A stretch of 64,000 nucleotides of DNA from Candidatus Binataceae bacterium (GTDB lineage: Bacteria > Desulfobacterota > Binatia > Binatales > Binataceae), in the NCBI GenBank assembly GCA_963798375.1, contig CAWCTG010000032.1:72232-136231 (forward strand), in the 5' to 3' direction. The notes beneath the pieces are model-generated. The model was not told the DNA's origin, ran no database searches, and saw only the letters and a list, made by a program, of their open reading frames with translations. The translations under genes were made by a program, and so were the position numbers. This document shows, piece after piece, positions 60,525 through 64,000 of this stretch; position 1 is the stretch's first letter; the number at the start of each line of letters is the position of its first letter.

Positions 60525-61298
60525 CTACTTTTGGAACTTGCGGAAATCCGGCGTGCGCCGCTCCATGAATGCGTTGCGGCCTTCCATGGATTCTTCGGTG
60601 CGGTAGTAGAGTCCCAGCGAGATTCCGCCCATCGCTCCGATTCCTTTGATGTGGTCGGTTTCGGCGTTGAAGGAGGCCTTGGCGATCCGGATCGCGGTCG
60701 GGCTCAAGGCCAGAATTTCGCGCCCCCAAGCGCGGGCCTCGTCCATCAACTGCGCGGCGGGCACCACCTTGTTGACCAGGCCCATCTCCAGAGCTTCCTG
60801 CGCCGAATACTGGCGGCACAGAAACCAAATCTCGCGCGCTTTTTTCTCGCCGACCAGGCGCGTCAGGTAGGCGGTGCCGAAGCCGGGATCGACGCTGCCA
60901 ACCCGCGGGCCGACCTGGCCGAAGCGGGCGGTATCGGCCGCGATAGAAAGGTCGCAGATTATATGGAGGACGTGTCCTCCGCCGATTGCGTAGCCGTTGA
61001 CCGCGGCGATAACAGGCTTCGGAATGTCGCGGATGACTTCGTGCAGCGCTTCGACGTTCATCCCGCCGCGATAGCCTCCGCCACTGCGCATGGCTTGGTC
61101 ACCGCCCGAGCTGAAGGCGCGGTCGCCGGCGCCGGTCAGAATCGCCACCCCGATCGAACGGTCCTGCCAGGCGTCCCTGAACGCCTCCACCATCTCGTCC
61201 ACGGTCTGACCGCGGAACGCGTTGCGAACCTCCGGACGGTTGATTGCGATGGTGGCGATCCCGTCTTGCTTGTCGTAGATGATGTCCTCAAATGCCAT
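60525..61298 (-). CDS. Enoyl-CoA hydratase/isomerase (crotonase fold)
   Basis: Crotonase oxyanion motifs [11 protein letters not shown] and [11 protein letters not shown]... Confidence 0.85.
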   Translation of the reverse strand: MAFEDIIYDKQDGIATIAINRPEVRNAFRGQTVDEMVEAFRDAWQDRSIGVAILTGAGDRAFSSGGDQAMRSGGGYRGGMNVEALHEVIRDIPKPVIAAVNGYAIGGGHVLHIICDLSIAADTARFGQVGPRVGSVDPGFGTAYLTRLVGEKKAREIWFLCRQYSAQEALEMGLVNKVVPAAQLMDEARAWGREILALSPTAIRIAKASFNAETDHIKGIGAMGGISLGLYYRTEESMEGRNAFMERRTPDFRKFQK

Positions 61299-61361
61299 CT
61301 GCGTCTCCTTCGGCCGCGGCCGACCTTTGCGCCACCGCGTTTATGCTACCCATCGGGAGAT

Positions 61362-62168
61362 TTATTTTCCCTGGAATCTGGGCTTGCGCTTTTCTGCGAA
61401 GGCAGTCGCCGCCTCGCGATGGTCTTCGGTGTTGAAGCTCATCATCTCATACGCGATCGACGCGTCCAGAATCAAATTGACCTGCTGCTTGAGCCACTTG
61501 TTCACCGACAGCTTGGTCCATCGGATCGCCCAAGTCGGGCCGTCGGCCAATTCGCGGGCGATTTCGCCGGCCTTGGAGAGCACCTGGTCTCCCGGCACGG
61601 CGTAGTTGACGAGCCCCATTTTGGCCGCCTCGGATCCGCTGATGAACGTCCCTCGCATCAGGAATTCCTTGGCCCGTGCCGGCCCGACCAGCAGCGGCCA
61701 GATCACTGCGCCGCTGTCGCCGGCAACGATTCCGACCTTGACATGGGTATCGGCGATCCGCGCGGTTTCAGAGGCGACGATAACGTCCGACAGCAGCGCG
61801 ATATTCGCGCCCAGGCCCATCGCGTCGCCATTTACCGCGGCTATGATCGGCTGCTCAACGTCGAGCAGGTTCTGGATGATCCTGCGGCCCGCCGCGGCGA
61901 TCTTGAGCGTCCACTTTCTGCCTTCCTCAGTGCCCCAGCGCGCCGCCATCGCCTTCACGTCGCCGCCGGCCGAAAAGGCCTTGCCCGCACCGGTCAGCAA
62001 AATCGCGTTCACTTCCTCGTCGTTGGCAAGATCGATCCAGATGTGTTCAAGTTCGTCGTGCAGCTCGGAATTGACCGCGTTAAGTGCTTCGGGCCGGTTC
62101 AGGATCACCGTGGCAAGCTTGTTCTCCCTCTCGACCTTGATGCATCGATACTTCCCGTAATCGATCAT
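61362..62168 (-). CDS. Enoyl-CoA hydratase/isomerase family protein
   Basis: AAVNGDAMGLG and TGAGKAFSAGGD crotonase motifs. Confidence 0.85.
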   Translation of the reverse strand: MIDYGKYRCIKVERENKLATVILNRPEALNAVNSELHDELEHIWIDLANDEEVNAILLTGAGKAFSAGGDVKAMAARWGTEEGRKWTLKIAAAGRRIIQNLLDVEQPIIAAVNGDAMGLGANIALLSDVIVASETARIADTHVKVGIVAGDSGAVIWPLLVGPARAKEFLMRGTFISGSEAAKMGLVNYAVPGDQVLSKAGEIARELADGPTWAIRWTKLSVNKWLKQQVNLILDASIAYEMMSFNTEDHREAATAFAEKRKPRFQGK

Positions 62169-62291
62169 GACGATTCCCTTCTCTTCCGACGCTCTGGCGG
62201 CTCGCCTCTGGCGCAGTCCGCTACATATGATGCCATCGGAAACTTCGCGCGACCCTGCTCTCGCTCTGGAGATCGAAGCCGGCGGCAGACG

Positions 62292-62561
62292 CTAGTGAGC
62301 CAATTGACTCAGGCAGCCTCGGTTACAGGCACCGCGTTCAGGCCACCGAGAACAGTCGTCCAAACGGAGTCGGTTCATCCCAACCGCCGACGTCATCGCA
62401 GCGTAAGTGGCGTCCACCGCGACCTGAGCGAGCTTGCCGTTGTCAGGGCAGATTACCTCCTTGGGCTTTCTGAAGTCCGCGAAGACGCTCAGCCCGACGG
62501 GTAAAAGGACGTAGCTGATGCCGATTGCGGCGATAGCGCCGAGTGTGACCAAGGTATCCAT
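62292..62561 (-). CDS. Small Cys-containing membrane protein, hypothetical
   Basis: One TM helix; CxxxC pairs; unsupported by homology. Confidence 0.3.
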   Translation of the reverse strand: MDTLVTLGAIAAIGISYVLLPVGLSVFADFRKPKEVICPDNGKLAQVAVDATYAAMTSAVGMNRLRLDDCSRWPERGACNRGCLSQLAH

Positions 62562-62742
62562 AGGTCATACCTCCTGCTGATGCGAGCTAGCCGAGATCAT
62601 CTACGCATTAATCGTACCAATCTTCGGCGACATGGCCTGTGCCTACTCCGACGTGTCGGAAAAGTCGAGCGCGCGCCACGTCCCGCGCACGGACACCTTC
62701 CATAAGAGGGTATCAGGACGGTCGGGGCGACGGGGGCAGAGG

Positions 62743-63687
<945 letters not shown>

Positions 63688-63798
63688 GCAAAATCTCCTT
63701 GGACCGCGCGTGATCGACAGACAGCGACCCGCGACGATCCAGAGCCCAGCGAGATACTTAAGTTAGGCGGGGCTGATAGGCAAGCGCCGGCGCGCGCC

Positions 63799-63890
63799 GC
63801 TAATCCTCGAAGCGGTGAAAGTCCGCGCGCCAATGCGCGCGGGGCTAATTCTCGAAGCGGTGAAAGTCCGCGCGCCAATGGGCGCGAAAC
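63799..63890. repeat. 46-bp tandem duplication (2 units, 3 mismatches) spanning the stop codon of the last gene
   Basis: Unit gctaat[c/t]ctcgaagcggtgaaagtccgcgcgccaatg[c/g]gcgcg at 63799-63844 and 63845-63890. Confidence 0.8.
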
Positions 63891-64000
63891 CAGGGCTCGC
63901 CGTCGCGCGTGCCGTACACGTCGGCGTTGACTATCATGTCGTCGCCGCCGATCCGGCAGTCGAGGTTGGTGGTTTCGTCAACCGCAAATGTCGCTGACGA
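63846..64000 (-). CDS. Partial CDS (C-terminal part only), unknown function; ends ...EPWFRAHWRADFHRFEN*
   Basis: Open frame on the minus strand running off the window end; stop TAG at 63846-63848. Confidence 0.4.

Overview
This is a high-GC (~65%) bacterial chromosomal segment from a Gram-negative-type organism: it carries an outer-membrane beta-barrel, lgt, tatA and a sigma-54 system. It divides into four parts.

(1) 1-8471: a tandem pair of large secreted NHL-repeat protein genes, each behind a duplicated ~550-bp promoter/leader module. The first copy is broken by a nonsense codon and several frameshifts and carries a Thr/Ala/Pro-coding microsatellite linker; the second copy is intact, 1263 aa including the GTG-initiated first residue (coordinates below use the internal ATG at 4683, 1262 aa), with five C-terminal Ig-like domains.

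(2) 8.6-41.8 kb: a housekeeping block. It includes DUF2231 and LysM proteins, a ROK kinase, tlyA, xseBA, bioD, ctpA, a TlpA-like thioredoxin, lgt, dtd, trmL, a BMP-type ABC transporter whose ATPase looks frameshifted, cca, an SDR, an AI-2E transporter and tRNA-Val(GAC). The conserved thrS-infC(ATT start)-rpmI-rplT-pheS-pheT-ihfA-MerR block follows. After it come a large GT2 membrane glycosyltransferase, a PAS histidine kinase with an NtrC-type sigma-54 activator, and tatA.

(3) 42.3-54.6 kb: the most interesting part, a dense c-type cytochrome cluster resembling an extracellular-electron-transfer / iron-redox module.
- An MtrA/MtoA-like decaheme cytochrome, split by a G7 homopolymer frameshift, is followed by an ~750-aa MtrB/MtoB/PioB-like outer-membrane barrel.
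- Two tandemly duplicated monoheme class-I cytochromes c follow; the duplication unit still drags along a degraded copy of the porin 3' end.
- Next comes a membrane-anchored 7-heme NapC/NirT-related, ImcH-like cytochrome.
- An 11-heme cytochrome c is followed by a 30-codon fossil of a [NiFe]-hydrogenase large subunit, translationally coupled to a HyaC/HydC-type dihaem cytochrome b. This looks like a hydrogenase operon rebuilt into a Cbc-like quinone-cytochrome module.
- The cluster ends with an SPFH protein, a third monoheme cytochrome c, a Tat-dependent Rieske protein and a cytochrome b fused to a dihaem c domain.

(4) 54.9-64 kb: a ~2.5-kb low-GC island with only small odd ORFs, then a radical-SAM/SPASM enzyme (AhbD/NirJ-like), an acyl-CoA dehydrogenase, two enoyl-CoA hydratases and an alpha/beta hydrolase. 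A 46-bp tandem duplication spans the stop codon of the last, partial gene.

No CRISPR array, rRNA, transposase or integrase was recognised.
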